In this document: positions 38,152 through 47,390 of the stretch, piece by piece
Position numbering within the stretch: position 1 is the first letter of the stretch
Layout of the letters: every line of letters begins with the position of its first letter
DNA from: Hyphomicrobiales bacterium
Lineage (GTDB): Bacteria; Pseudomonadota; Alphaproteobacteria; Rhizobiales; Rhizobiaceae
Direction of reading: 5' to 3'
Length of the DNA: 64,000 nucleotides
Assembly: GCA_030456445.1 (NCBI GenBank)
Contig: JAKDNM010000003.1
Span: 4,981 to 68,980 of the forward strand
Made by a program: the position numbers and the translations under genes
The notes under the pieces: generated by a model
Told to the model about the DNA's origin: nothing
Databases searched by the model: none
What the model saw: the letters and a program-made list of their open reading frames with translations, nothing else

Positions 38152-38177
38152 AAGTTTCAGTATATTGAAAGATAGAC

Positions 38178-38915
38178 ATGGCAAACGCACGATCCGCCTC
38201 CCGCGCGCTCAGCATGTTCGAAACGTTCGGTGCCGAAGGGCGGCCGCTGCTGCTGACCGAGCTCGCGCCGTTGATCGACGTGCCGCTCTCGAGCTGTCAC
38301 GGGCTTGTCAGGACGCTGCTCGACCGGGGTTATCTCTACGCCTTGAGCCGCCGGCGCGGCTTCTATCCGACGCGCAAGCTCTACACGCTGGCCCAGACAA
38401 TCGCCGCCAAGGACAGCTATCTGCAGCGTCTGGCGCCCTTTTTGGAGAGGCTGCGCGACGATAGCGGCGAGACCGTCATCGTCGGCACGTTGCAGGGCGA
38501 GGCGGTGCTCTATCTCGAGGTGCTGGAGGGGCCGAAGACGATCCGCTACTCGGCGCGACCCGGCGATTTCAAACCCCTGCATTCGAGCGCGATCGGCAAG
38601 GCCCTGCTTTCGGCCGGCGGCGAGGCGCTGTGGAAGAAGCTGGCCGCCCGGCCACTGTCTGATGTGACGGTCAACACCATCACCGATCCGGCGCATCTGC
38701 GCGACAATCTGGAGGAGGGCGCGCGGCGCGGCTACTTCGTCACGCGCGGCGAGAACGTGTCCGACGTGACGGCGATCGCTACGGCGCTGGAGGTCGAGGG
38801 GATGACGCTGGGCATCGCGATCGCCGGCCCGAGCTATCGCATGGCCGAGACGATCGAGGCGCAAACCGGCAGGCTGCTGCAGGCCCGCTCCGAGATCGAG
38901 GAGAGGCTCGGTTGA
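38178..38915 (+). CDS. IclR family regulator 2
   Basis: RALSMFETF HTH, PLHSSAIGK, TRGEN; paralog of iclR1. Confidence 0.92.
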   Translation: MANARSASRALSMFETFGAEGRPLLLTELAPLIDVPLSSCHGLVRTLLDRGYLYALSRRRGFYPTRKLYTLAQTIAAKDSYLQRLAPFLERLRDDSGETVIVGTLQGEAVLYLEVLEGPKTIRYSARPGDFKPLHSSAIGKALLSAGGEALWKKLAARPLSDVTVNTITDPAHLRDNLEEGARRGYFVTRGENVSDVTAIATALEVEGMTLGIAIAGPSYRMAETIEAQTGRLLQARSEIEERLG

Positions 38916-39691
38916 CGATCGCCATGGAACATCTGCGGATATCGTCTTTGGAAGGCCGCCTCGACGTGGTGATCGACCGGCCGCATGCGCGCAATGCGCT
39001 GAGCATCGGCACGCTGGAGGAGGTCGCCGCGGTTTTCACCGAGTATGCCGCGGACGAAAGCGTCAAGGTCGCCGTGATTTCCGGCGCCGGCGACAAGGCC
39101 TTCGCGGCGGGAGGCGACATCAAGGAACTGAGCACGCGTCGCTCCGCCGAGGACGCGGCGGCGCTCTTCGATCTGGGCAGCAGGGCGACGGAAGCGGTCC
39201 GCCGGTTTCCCGTGCCCGTCGTGGCGGCGCTCAACGGCGTGGCGCTCGGAGGTGCTGCGGAACTTGCCGTCTCCTGCGACTTCCGTCTCGCCGCGCGCCA
39301 TGCCGCGATCGGCTTCGTCCAGGCGCAACTGGCGCTGACGACGGGGTTCGGCGGCATCGCCAGCCTGCAGGACCTGATCGGGGTCCGCCGCGCGCTGCGG
39401 ATGCTCCTCGACGGCACGATCCTGCCCGCCGAGGAGGGGCGCGAGGCGGGGCTCGTGGATGCGGTGGCCGGCGAGGGCGAGGCGCTCGAGGATCTGGTCG
39501 CGCGCTTCATCGAGCCGATGCTGAAACGGCCGGTCGCGCTGCTGCGCGACATGAAGGCGGTTGCGCTGGCTGGCGAGGACGCGGCGGGCCGGGCGGCTGT
39601 GGCGAAGGTCGAACGCGAGCGCTTCGTCCGCGCCTGGGTCAGCGAGGAACATTGGGCGGCGGCCGAGAAGGTGCTGTCGCGCGGCAGATGA
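38912..39691 (+). CDS. Enoyl-CoA hydratase/isomerase family protein
   Basis: IDRPHARNAL, FAAGGDI, NGVALGGAAE; second catalytic Glu replaced (GFVQAQL). Confidence 0.9.
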   Translation: MTIAMEHLRISSLEGRLDVVIDRPHARNALSIGTLEEVAAVFTEYAADESVKVAVISGAGDKAFAAGGDIKELSTRRSAEDAAALFDLGSRATEAVRRFPVPVVAALNGVALGGAAELAVSCDFRLAARHAAIGFVQAQLALTTGFGGIASLQDLIGVRRALRMLLDGTILPAEEGREAGLVDAVAGEGEALEDLVARFIEPMLKRPVALLRDMKAVALAGEDAAGRAAVAKVERERFVRAWVSEEHWAAAEKVLSRGR

Positions 39692-39701
39692 GGACACATC
39701 G

Positions 39702-41339
39702 ATGGTAGCGGTCAGGAAGGTCGAGGAGAAGGCAAAAGCCGTACAGCCGGAGCCGGCAGGCATTGCGACAACGACGCCGTCCGGCATCAAGGCGCCGCGG
39801 GTCGCGACGCCCGACATGGTGGGCGCGGCCATAGCCGAATTGCCCGGCCAATATCCCTTCACGCGCGGCATCTTCCCGGACGGGTTCCGCGGCCGCACCT
39901 GGACGATGCGGCAATATTCGGGCTTCGGCACGGCCGAGGAATCGAACGAGCGTTACGCATTTCTGCTGCGCCAGGGCCAGACGGGCCTTTCGGTCGCTCT
40001 CGACCTGCCGACGCAATGCGGCTACGATCCGACCGATCCGATGGCGCGCTCGGAAATCGGCAAGGTCGGCGTCTCGCTGTCGAATCTGTCGGAAATGGAG
40101 ATCCTGTTCGACGGCATCGACCTGTCGAAGATCTCGACCTCCTTCACCATCAACGGCACGGCCGCGCTGATCTATGCGATGTATGTGGCCTGCGCGGAAC
40201 GGCGTGGCCTGGACCCTTCCGTGCTGACCGGGACGATCCAGAACGACATCCTGAAGGAATATGTCGCGCGCGGCACGTGGATCTTCCCGGTGCGGCCTTC
40301 GATGCGGCTGACGGCCGATTCCATCCTCTACGCCAACCGCGCGACGCCACGCTTCAACCCGATCTCGATCGCCGGCGCGCATATGCGCGATGCGGGCTGC
40401 AACGCGGTCGAGGAGATGGCCTATACGCTCGCCAACGGGCTTGCCTATGTGGACGAGCTCATTCGGCGCGGCGGCGATGCGGAGAAATTCGCTAAACGTC
40501 TGTCTTTCTTCTTCTACGTGCATATGGATTTGTTCGAGGAGGTGGCGAAGTTCCGCGCCGGCCGTCGCATCTGGGCCCGGCTGATGAAGGAGCGCTATGG
40601 CGTGACCGACCCGAAAGCGCAGATGTTCCGCTTCGGCGTGGTCTGCGGCGGGTCTTCGCTGGTCGCGCCGCAGCCGCAGAACAACATCGTGCGTGTCGCT
40701 GTCGAGACGATGGCGGCGGTGCTTTCGGGCGCCCAATCGATATTTACCTGCGCATATGACGAGGCGTTCCAGATACCGACCGAGCATTCGGCCGAAATCG
40801 CGTTGCGCACACAGCAGATCATCGCGCTGGAGAGCGGCATCGCGCGCAGCGTCGATGCACTCGGAGGCTCGCACTATGTCGAGTGGCTGACCGACGAGAC
40901 TGAGAAGCGCATCCTCGAGAAGATGGAGGAGCTCGACAGCCATGGCGGCGCGGTGGCCGCCATCGAGGAAGGCTGGCTGCAGATGCGCATCGCCCAGCGC
41001 GCCCATGAGCGCAAGCGCGACATCGACTCCGGCGCCTTTCCGATCGTCGGTCTCAATGTCCATACCGACGACGACGCCGACAAGGGCCCGAGCGAGGTCT
41101 TTCGCGTCGACCCGCAGGCGAGCCGGCGCGTCCTCGAGAAATTCCAGAAGACGATGGATTCCCGTGACAACCGCGCGGTGGAGCGCTCGCTGGAACGGCT
41201 AGGCAAGGCTGCCGCCGACGATGGCGAGAACCTGATGCCGTATCTCGTCGAATGCTGCCACGCCTACGCGACGATCGGAGAGATGGTCGCGTGCCTGAAA
41301 GAGAACTGGGGCGAATTCCAGGAGCCGATCCGCCTATGA
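39702..41339 (+). CDS. B12-dependent acyl-CoA mutase, large (substrate-binding) subunit, non-canonical specificity residues
   Basis: PGQYPFTRG, WTMRQYSGFG, DLPTQCGYD, GTIQNDILKEY, YDEA; lacks fused B12 domain. Confidence 0.92.
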   Translation: MVAVRKVEEKAKAVQPEPAGIATTTPSGIKAPRVATPDMVGAAIAELPGQYPFTRGIFPDGFRGRTWTMRQYSGFGTAEESNERYAFLLRQGQTGLSVALDLPTQCGYDPTDPMARSEIGKVGVSLSNLSEMEILFDGIDLSKISTSFTINGTAALIYAMYVACAERRGLDPSVLTGTIQNDILKEYVARGTWIFPVRPSMRLTADSILYANRATPRFNPISIAGAHMRDAGCNAVEEMAYTLANGLAYVDELIRRGGDAEKFAKRLSFFFYVHMDLFEEVAKFRAGRRIWARLMKERYGVTDPKAQMFRFGVVCGGSSLVAPQPQNNIVRVAVETMAAVLSGAQSIFTCAYDEAFQIPTEHSAEIALRTQQIIALESGIARSVDALGGSHYVEWLTDETEKRILEKMEELDSHGGAVAAIEEGWLQMRIAQRAHERKRDIDSGAFPIVGLNVHTDDDADKGPSEVFRVDPQASRRVLEKFQKTMDSRDNRAVERSLERLGKAAADDGENLMPYLVECCHAYATIGEMVACLKENWGEFQEPIRL

Positions 41340-41767
41340 TGATCGAAACAGCAACCGAGCCGCGCGCGGCTTCGCCCCTTCGCGGCAAGCGCATCCTGGT
41401 GGCGAAGCCCGGCCTCGACGGCCACGACGCCGGCGCCAAGGTGGTGGCGCTCGCCATGCGCGACGCCGGCGCGGAGGTGATCTATACCGGTCTGCGCAAA
41501 AGCCCCGCCTATATCGCGCGTGTCGCGATCGACGAGGATGTCGACGCGGTCGGCCTCTCGATCTTGTCGGGCAGCCACAAGGAACTCGTCGCCGAAACGA
41601 TCGCGGCCCTCAAGGAAGAGGACGCGGGCGACATCGCTCTCTTCGTCGGCGGCACGATACCGGCCGAGGACATCGATGCGCTCATCGAAATGGGCGTCAG
41701 GACGGTGTTCACCGCCGACATGAAGCTCGACGACGTGGTCGACGCGGTGGCGAAGGCGCTCGCATGA
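41336..41767 (+). CDS. Cobalamin-binding small subunit of acyl-CoA mutase
   Basis: KPGLDGHDAG (DxHxxG), GLSILSGSH, VGGTIP. Confidence 0.95.
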   Translation: MMIETATEPRAASPLRGKRILVAKPGLDGHDAGAKVVALAMRDAGAEVIYTGLRKSPAYIARVAIDEDVDAVGLSILSGSHKELVAETIAALKEEDAGDIALFVGGTIPAEDIDALIEMGVRTVFTADMKLDDVVDAVAKALA

Positions 41768-42885
41768 CAGGTCCGCTCGCCGGCATCCGCGTCATCGAGA
41801 TCGGCCACATGCTGATGGGGCCGTATTGCGGCATGCTGCTTGCCGATCTCGGCGCGGAAGTCATCAAGGTCGAGCCGCCCGACGGCGACATCGCAAGGCG
41901 CGTCAGCCCACATATGGTGGGCGAGCACAACGCCTATTTCGCAAGCCTCAACCGCAACAAGAAGAGCGTCGTCATCGACCTGGCGAGCGAGATGGGAAGG
42001 ACGGAACTTGGCCGGCTCATCTCTAGCGCTCGCGCCTTGCTGACCAATTTGCGGCCGTCGGCCATCCGCAAGCTCGGCCTCACCTATGATGATCTGAAAA
42101 GCTGGAACCCCAAGCTCGTCTGCGTGGCGCTGACCGGCTACGGGTTGGAGAGCCCCTACAGCGAGCGCCCGGCCTACGACTACGTGATCCAGGCGCTGAC
42201 CGGCGTCATGAACCTGACGGGCGATCCGGACGGGCCGCCGACCAAGACCGGCTATTCCGCCGTCGACAATTCCGCCGGCATCATGGGCGCCGTGGGTTTG
42301 CTCGCCAAGCTTGTCGAGGGCAAGGGCGGGCAGGTCGACATCGCCATGTACGACGTCATGCTCTCGCAACTGAACTACCTCGCAGGCGCATGGCTGAATG
42401 CCGGCGAGACCGCGCGGCGCATCGAGCGTTCGTCGCATCCCTATATCGTGCCGGCGCAGATATTCCCGACGCGCGACGGCTGGGTGACGCTCTTCATCAC
42501 GCACGACGATTTCTGGCGCCGCTTCGCCGGAGAGGTGGGCGAAGGGCACTGGCTCACCGATCCGCGCTTCGCCACCATGGCCGGCCGCCGCTCCAATCGT
42601 GCGCTGGTGCTGGGTGAGATCGAAGCGGCGCTCGCAAACCATGGCACGGATGAACTCGTGGCGCGGCTGACGCCTCTCGGCGTAGTCGTCGCGGGGGTGG
42701 AGACGATGGAGCAGGCGCTTGCGAGCGAGCATGTGCGGGCGCGCGGCATGGTGGCGGAGATCGCGGGCGAGGTGCCGCTGCGCGTGGTCGGCAATCCGAT
42801 CAAGATCTCCGGCATGGAGGAAGGGTTCGCCCCGCCGCCGGCGCTTGGCCAGCACGGCGCGCTGGTGAAGGAAGGCGGCGGATGA
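41764..42885 (+). CDS. CaiB/BaiF family III CoA-transferase
   Basis: IRVIEIG, NRNKKS, AYDY, AVDNSAG catalytic Asp. Confidence 0.9.
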   Translation: MTGPLAGIRVIEIGHMLMGPYCGMLLADLGAEVIKVEPPDGDIARRVSPHMVGEHNAYFASLNRNKKSVVIDLASEMGRTELGRLISSARALLTNLRPSAIRKLGLTYDDLKSWNPKLVCVALTGYGLESPYSERPAYDYVIQALTGVMNLTGDPDGPPTKTGYSAVDNSAGIMGAVGLLAKLVEGKGGQVDIAMYDVMLSQLNYLAGAWLNAGETARRIERSSHPYIVPAQIFPTRDGWVTLFITHDDFWRRFAGEVGEGHWLTDPRFATMAGRRSNRALVLGEIEAALANHGTDELVARLTPLGVVVAGVETMEQALASEHVRARGMVAEIAGEVPLRVVGNPIKISGMEEGFAPPPALGQHGALVKEGGG

Positions 42886-43778
42886 ACGCGCGGGCGCAGA
42901 TGACGCTCGACAGGCGCGCGCTCGGACGGGCTCTGTCGCGCGCGGCCAATGCCAGCGTGGAGGAGATATTGGCGGCCGACGCGGGCGAGGCTGCGACACG
43001 CGCGCGCCGCATCGGCGTGACCGGGCCGCCCGGCGCCGGCAAGAGCACCCTAATCGCCGCGCTCGCCCGTTATCGTCTGGAGCACGCCGGGCGTGTCGCT
43101 ATCATCGCCGTCGATCCGTCGAGCTCGAAAACGCATGGTTCGGTGCTTGGGGACCGCATCCGCATGGACCGCCTCGTCGACGATCCGCGGGTCTACATCC
43201 GCTCGCTGGCGAGCCGTGGCGCCAGTGACGGGCTGGCGGAGAACCTGCCCGAGATCCTGGCCGTGCTCGATGATTTCGGCTTCGACGAGATCATCCTCGA
43301 GACGGTCGGCGTCGGCCAGTCGGAATTCGCCGTGCGCGACCTTGTCGATATCGAGCTTCTGGTGATGGCGCCGGGCGCGGGCGATCAGATCCAGGCCATG
43401 AAGGCGGGCATCATCGAGACGGCCGACATCTATGTGGTCAACAAGGCCGACCAGCCCGGCGCGGCGCGCGCCGAAACCGAATTGCGCGCAATCCTGACGA
43501 TGACAGCCGGCTCCGCGCCCGTGCCGCCGATCATCAGGGTTCAGGCGGACACCGGTGAGAAGATGGATGAACTCGATGCAGCGATCGAGGATTGCGTGCG
43601 CCGCCGCAAGGAGGGGGACGCCGATGCGGTGAGGCGCGGGCGCCATCGCGTCAAGGGTCTCATCGTGCGCCGCCTGAACGAAGTTCTCTTGGATATGCCT
43701 GTCGCCTTGGAGGGCCGGCCGATCCGGGAAGTCTACGACGCGGTCATGGACACGCTGTCGCAACGCACGGGGCCGTGA
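42882..43778 (+). CDS. meaB: MeaB/ArgK-type G3E GTPase, mutase chaperone
   Basis: GPPGAGKST, VDPSS, GDRIRM, ETVGVGQSE, VNKAD. Confidence 0.92.
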   Translation: MNARAQMTLDRRALGRALSRAANASVEEILAADAGEAATRARRIGVTGPPGAGKSTLIAALARYRLEHAGRVAIIAVDPSSSKTHGSVLGDRIRMDRLVDDPRVYIRSLASRGASDGLAENLPEILAVLDDFGFDEIILETVGVGQSEFAVRDLVDIELLVMAPGAGDQIQAMKAGIIETADIYVVNKADQPGAARAETELRAILTMTAGSAPVPPIIRVQADTGEKMDELDAAIEDCVRRRKEGDADAVRRGRHRVKGLIVRRLNEVLLDMPVALEGRPIREVYDAVMDTLSQRTGP

Positions 43779-43797
43779 GGCTCCGCGTCAACGGGCG

Positions 43798-43890
43798 CTT
43801 TGTCGCCAGTTCCAAGATTGTCCTCTCGCCGCGGATCGCCTCAAGCGCAACCTTAGAGCCGGGCGGGAGTCCATCTGTCCGGCCACCGCA
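43798..43890 (-). mobile_element. IS3-family remnant (terminal IR plus OrfA fragment)
   Basis: Minus strand 43854-43798 encodes KVALEAIRGERTILELATK (IS3 OrfA N-terminal helix); 43890-43865 TGCGGTGGCCGGACAGATGGACTCCC begins with TG like an IS3 left end. Confidence 0.7.
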
Positions 43891-44024
43891 CACTCTACTC
43901 CGTTCCAAATATCCAAGAGGTGGTCAGCACACGGGTCCGGCCTTTGGCCGGCCCAAGGACAGGCTCCGCTGATCGGATTGGGGGTCGAACTTCATAGGCA
44001 ATTATCCTTCCCGGAGGGTAGGGT

Positions 44025-45164
44025 TCAGCGCTTCGCAAGCAGCCCCTTCGCGGCCTTGATGTCAAGCGCAGCCGGCCGCTCGCAACGCGTCCGCATAGGC
44101 ACGAACCTTCCTGTCTCGCCCGATTTCAGTATGCCGGTCATCACCTCGACCGCGTGCAGGGCCAATTCCATGGAGCAGCGGTGCGGCCGGCCTTCGGCGA
44201 TGGCGAGCGCCATGTCGGCCAATCCCGCCGCGCGGTAATCGGCGAGCGGTCCGTCCGGCGAATCCTGGTTGGGCACGGCGAAGGGATGGTCCCAGCGCGG
44301 CAGTTTCCTCACCGGCTTGTCCCGGTTGGAAATCGCCACTTCTCCGCCGAAGAAATTCGGATCGGGAACGTAGAGCGTTCCTTCCTCGCCGTAGAGCTCC
44401 ATCGGGGCGTGGTTGTGCAGCCACACGTCCCAGCTCGCATTCAAGGTGACGACCGCGCCGCTTTGGAATTCAAGCAGTGCGTGGATCGTCGTCGGCGTCT
44501 CCACCGTGATGGTCTGGCCCGCGCGCGGCTTGGAGGTGATGGTGCGCTCGCGCGCCGGAATGGCGGTCAGCGCCGCCACGCGCTTCACTGGCCCGATCAA
44601 CTGGACGAGGTTGGAGATGTAATACGGGCCGAGATCGAGGATCGGGCCGCCGCCGGGCTTGAAGAAGAAATCGGGGTTCGGATGCCAGCCTTCCATGCCG
44701 TGGCTCATGACATGGCAGGTGCCGCTGGTGATTTTTCCGACCTTGCCTTCGTCTAGGAGGCTGCGCGCCAATTGGTGCGCGCCGCCGAGGAAAGTGTCGG
44801 GCGCGGAGCCGATGCGCAACCCGCGCCTTTCCGCTCGCCGCTTCAGGTCTAGCCCTTCGCGCACGGAAAGCACGAAGGGCTTTTCCGAATAGACATGCTT
44901 GCCGGCATCGAGGATCGCCTTCGAGACGCTGTAGTGCGCCGCCGGTATGGTCAAATTGACGATGATATCGATTGCCGGATCGGTGAGGATCTGGTCCGCC
45001 GTCTTCGCACGCAGCGAAAATTCCTTCGCGCGCGCCCGCGCCGCCTTCATGTCGATGTCGGCGCAGGCGCGCATTTCGATGCCGCGAAAGAGCGGCGCAT
45101 GCCGCATATAGGCGGCCGAGATAGTGCCGCTGCCGATGATTCCAATGCCCAGCTTCTTTGCCAC
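44025..45164 (-). CDS. Gfo/Idh/MocA family oxidoreductase
   Basis: LGIGIIGSGTIS, HVYSEKP, GGPILDLGPYY; GTG start 45164. Confidence 0.92.
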   Translation of the reverse strand: MAKKLGIGIIGSGTISAAYMRHAPLFRGIEMRACADIDMKAARARAKEFSLRAKTADQILTDPAIDIIVNLTIPAAHYSVSKAILDAGKHVYSEKPFVLSVREGLDLKRRAERRGLRIGSAPDTFLGGAHQLARSLLDEGKVGKITSGTCHVMSHGMEGWHPNPDFFFKPGGGPILDLGPYYISNLVQLIGPVKRVAALTAIPARERTITSKPRAGQTITVETPTTIHALLEFQSGAVVTLNASWDVWLHNHAPMELYGEEGTLYVPDPNFFGGEVAISNRDKPVRKLPRWDHPFAVPNQDSPDGPLADYRAAGLADMALAIAEGRPHRCSMELALHAVEVMTGILKSGETGRFVPMRTRCERPAALDIKAAKGLLAKR

Positions 45165-45172
45165 GCCCGTAC

Positions 45173-45937
45173 TCAGAGCCTGTTTGCCGTTTCGATGGAG
45201 CGGCGGGCGAAACGCCCGATATCGCTCGGATTGTCGTGCTCCATGACGAAAATTTTCGCCGGCGTCTTCTCGCGAAGCGCCTTCATCATCGCCTTCCAGT
45301 CGATGGTGCCGTGGCCGACATCGGCCCAGCCGTCTTCCTTGGTATTCTCGCCCGCAGGCGCGAGGTCCTTGACGTGGACGGCGGCGATGCGCTTGCCGTA
45401 GCGGTCGATCCATCCGAGCGGATCGGCCCCGCTGCGCAAGACCCACGCCACATCGATTTCCCAGCCGATCGCGGGCGCCGCTTCGAGGATCGCCGTCATG
45501 GGTACGGAACCGTCCGGCAGTTTCCCGAACGCGTAATCGTGCCCGAATTCGTAGTCGTGATTGTGCCAGCCGAACTCGAAGCCGGCCTTCTTCGCCGCTT
45601 CGCCGATCTTCGCCAGCCGCCCGCCGAAGGCGCGCCAGCCGGCAATGTCCTTCGGGCGTTGGGCCGGCATCAGGAAGGGGCAGATGATGTTTGCCACGCC
45701 AAGTGTCCCGGCGATCTCGGCGGCCCGGGCAAAATCGCCTTCCAGCATGTCGATGCCGAAATGGCCGGTCGGCATGGAAAGCCCGTTCGCCTCCATCTTC
45801 TTGCGGAAGGAACGCGGATCGCCATAGACGCCGTCGAAGCCTTCGACCTCGCTGTAGCCGGCCTCCGAAACCATCTCGAGGATGCCGTCCCAGGGCTGGA
45901 AGTCGCGTGCGCTGTATAGCTGGAAGGACCAGTTCAT
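45173..45937 (-). CDS. Sugar phosphate isomerase/epimerase (AP endonuclease 2 TIM barrel)
   Basis: SFQLYSAR, WHNHDYEF, EIDVAW, HVKD, MEHD. Confidence 0.9.
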   Translation of the reverse strand: MNWSFQLYSARDFQPWDGILEMVSEAGYSEVEGFDGVYGDPRSFRKKMEANGLSMPTGHFGIDMLEGDFARAAEIAGTLGVANIICPFLMPAQRPKDIAGWRAFGGRLAKIGEAAKKAGFEFGWHNHDYEFGHDYAFGKLPDGSVPMTAILEAAPAIGWEIDVAWVLRSGADPLGWIDRYGKRIAAVHVKDLAPAGENTKEDGWADVGHGTIDWKAMMKALREKTPAKIFVMEHDNPSDIGRFARRSIETANRL

Positions 45938-45977
45938 CGCGTTTCCCGAGTTCGGCCGAGAGGAAGAAGCGGGAGTG

Positions 45978-47390
45978 TTACCCGTGCCCGCCCCAGGGGC
46001 CGTGCTGTTCGCCTTTCATGTCGATCCGCTCGAAGCCGTGGGCGCCGAAGAAATCGCGTTGGCCCTGGATGAGGTTGGCGGTGCCGCGGCCCTGCCGATA
46101 GCCGTCGAAATAGGCAAGTGCGGAGGAGAGCGCCGGCACCGGCAGCCCGGCCTCGGCCGCCCACGCGACGGTCCGGCGCAGCGACGGGTGTGCCTCGGTC
46201 ATCATCTTGACGAAACTCGGCGCGACCAGGAGGTTGGTGACTGGCCCGGCCTTGTAGGCTTCCGCGATCGTGTCGAGGAACTGCGAGCGGATGATGCAGC
46301 CGGCCCGCCAGATTTTGGCGATGGTCGGCATGGGCAGTTTCCATTTGAATTCCCGCGAGGCGGCTTCCATCACCGCGAAGCCCTGCGCGTAGGCGGCGAT
46401 CTTGCCTGCGAAGAGCGCGAGTTCGAGATCATCGGCCGGTAGCGGTTTCTGCTCGGGCAGGGTGATCTTGCGGCGGTAGAGTTTTTCGGCGGCTTCACGC
46501 TCGTCCTTCATCGCCGACAGGCTGCGCGCCGCGACCGCCGCCTCGATGGCGGTTGCCGGCACGCCCATCTGCTGCGCCTCGATGACCGACCAGCGGCCGG
46601 TTCCCTTCTGCCCGGCGCGGTCGAGGATGAGGTCGACCATCGGCTTGCCGGTCTTGGGGTCGGCGGTGTCCAGCACCGAAGCCGTGATCTCGATCAGGTA
46701 GGAATTGAGCCGTCCCTCGTTCCATTTGGCGAAAACGGAACCGATGTCCTTCGGCTTCATCTTCAGCCCGTCGCGGAAGATGCCGTAAATCTCCGCGATC
46801 ATCTGCATGTCGGCATATTCAATGCCGTTATGGATGGTCTTGACGAAATGGCCGGCGCCGCCCGCACCGAGCCAGGCGCAGCAGGGCTCCCCGTCGAACT
46901 TCGCGGCAATGGCGTTCAAAACGCCCTTGACGCGGCCATAGGCCTTCTTGTCGCCGCCCGGCATGATCGACGGGCCGTGCCGCGCACCTTCCTCGCCGCC
47001 GGAGACGCCCATGCCGATGAAGGAAAGGCCCGAGCCTTCAAGCTGGCTAAAGCGGCGCACCGTGTCGTGGAAATTGGCGTTGCCGGCATCGATGATGATG
47101 TCGCCTTCAGACAGGAACGGCCGCAGCTTGGCAATCTCCTCGTCCACCGCCTGGCCGGCTGAGACCATCAGAATGATGGGGCGCGGCGGCCGGATGGCCT
47201 TCACCAGCCCTTCGAGCCGGGTGCACGGCACGACGCGTTCGCGCAACCCGCCGGCCGATTCGAAGAAGGCGCCTGTCTTGGAGGTGGTGCGGTTATAGAC
47301 GGCGATCGCGTAGCCCTTCTCGGCGATATTGAGAGCGAGGTTCGAGCCCATCACCCCAAGGCCGATCAGGCCGATTTCCGCTTGCGCCAT
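45978..47390 (-). CDS. gndA: NADP-dependent 6-phosphogluconate dehydrogenase
   Basis: IGLIGLGVMG, VSGGEEGA, VKTIHNGIEY, QKGTG, QRDFFGAH. Confidence 0.97.
   Translation of the reverse strand: MAQAEIGLIGLGVMGSNLALNIAEKGYAIAVYNRTTSKTGAFFESAGGLRERVVPCTRLEGLVKAIRPPRPIILMVSAGQAVDEEIAKLRPFLSEGDIIIDAGNANFHDTVRRFSQLEGSGLSFIGMGVSGGEEGARHGPSIMPGGDKKAYGRVKGVLNAIAAKFDGEPCCAWLGAGGAGHFVKTIHNGIEYADMQMIAEIYGIFRDGLKMKPKDIGSVFAKWNEGRLNSYLIEITASVLDTADPKTGKPMVDLILDRAGQKGTGRWSVIEAQQMGVPATAIEAAVAARSLSAMKDEREAAEKLYRRKITLPEQKPLPADDLELALFAGKIAAYAQGFAVMEAASREFKWKLPMPTIAKIWRAGCIIRSQFLDTIAEAYKAGPVTNLLVAPSFVKMMTEAHPSLRRTVAWAAEAGLPVPALSSALAYFDGYRQGRGTANLIQGQRDFFGAHGFERIDMKGEQHGPWGGHG

Noticed and set aside
38073-38177. 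Cobalamin riboswitch upstream of the mutase module
   Set aside because: Only ~100 bp, occupied by a hairpin and promoter; no B12-box-like sequence seen
39702-41767. Calling the mutase mcm, icm or hcm
   Set aside because: The specificity residues match none of these patterns as remembered, so no gene symbol was given
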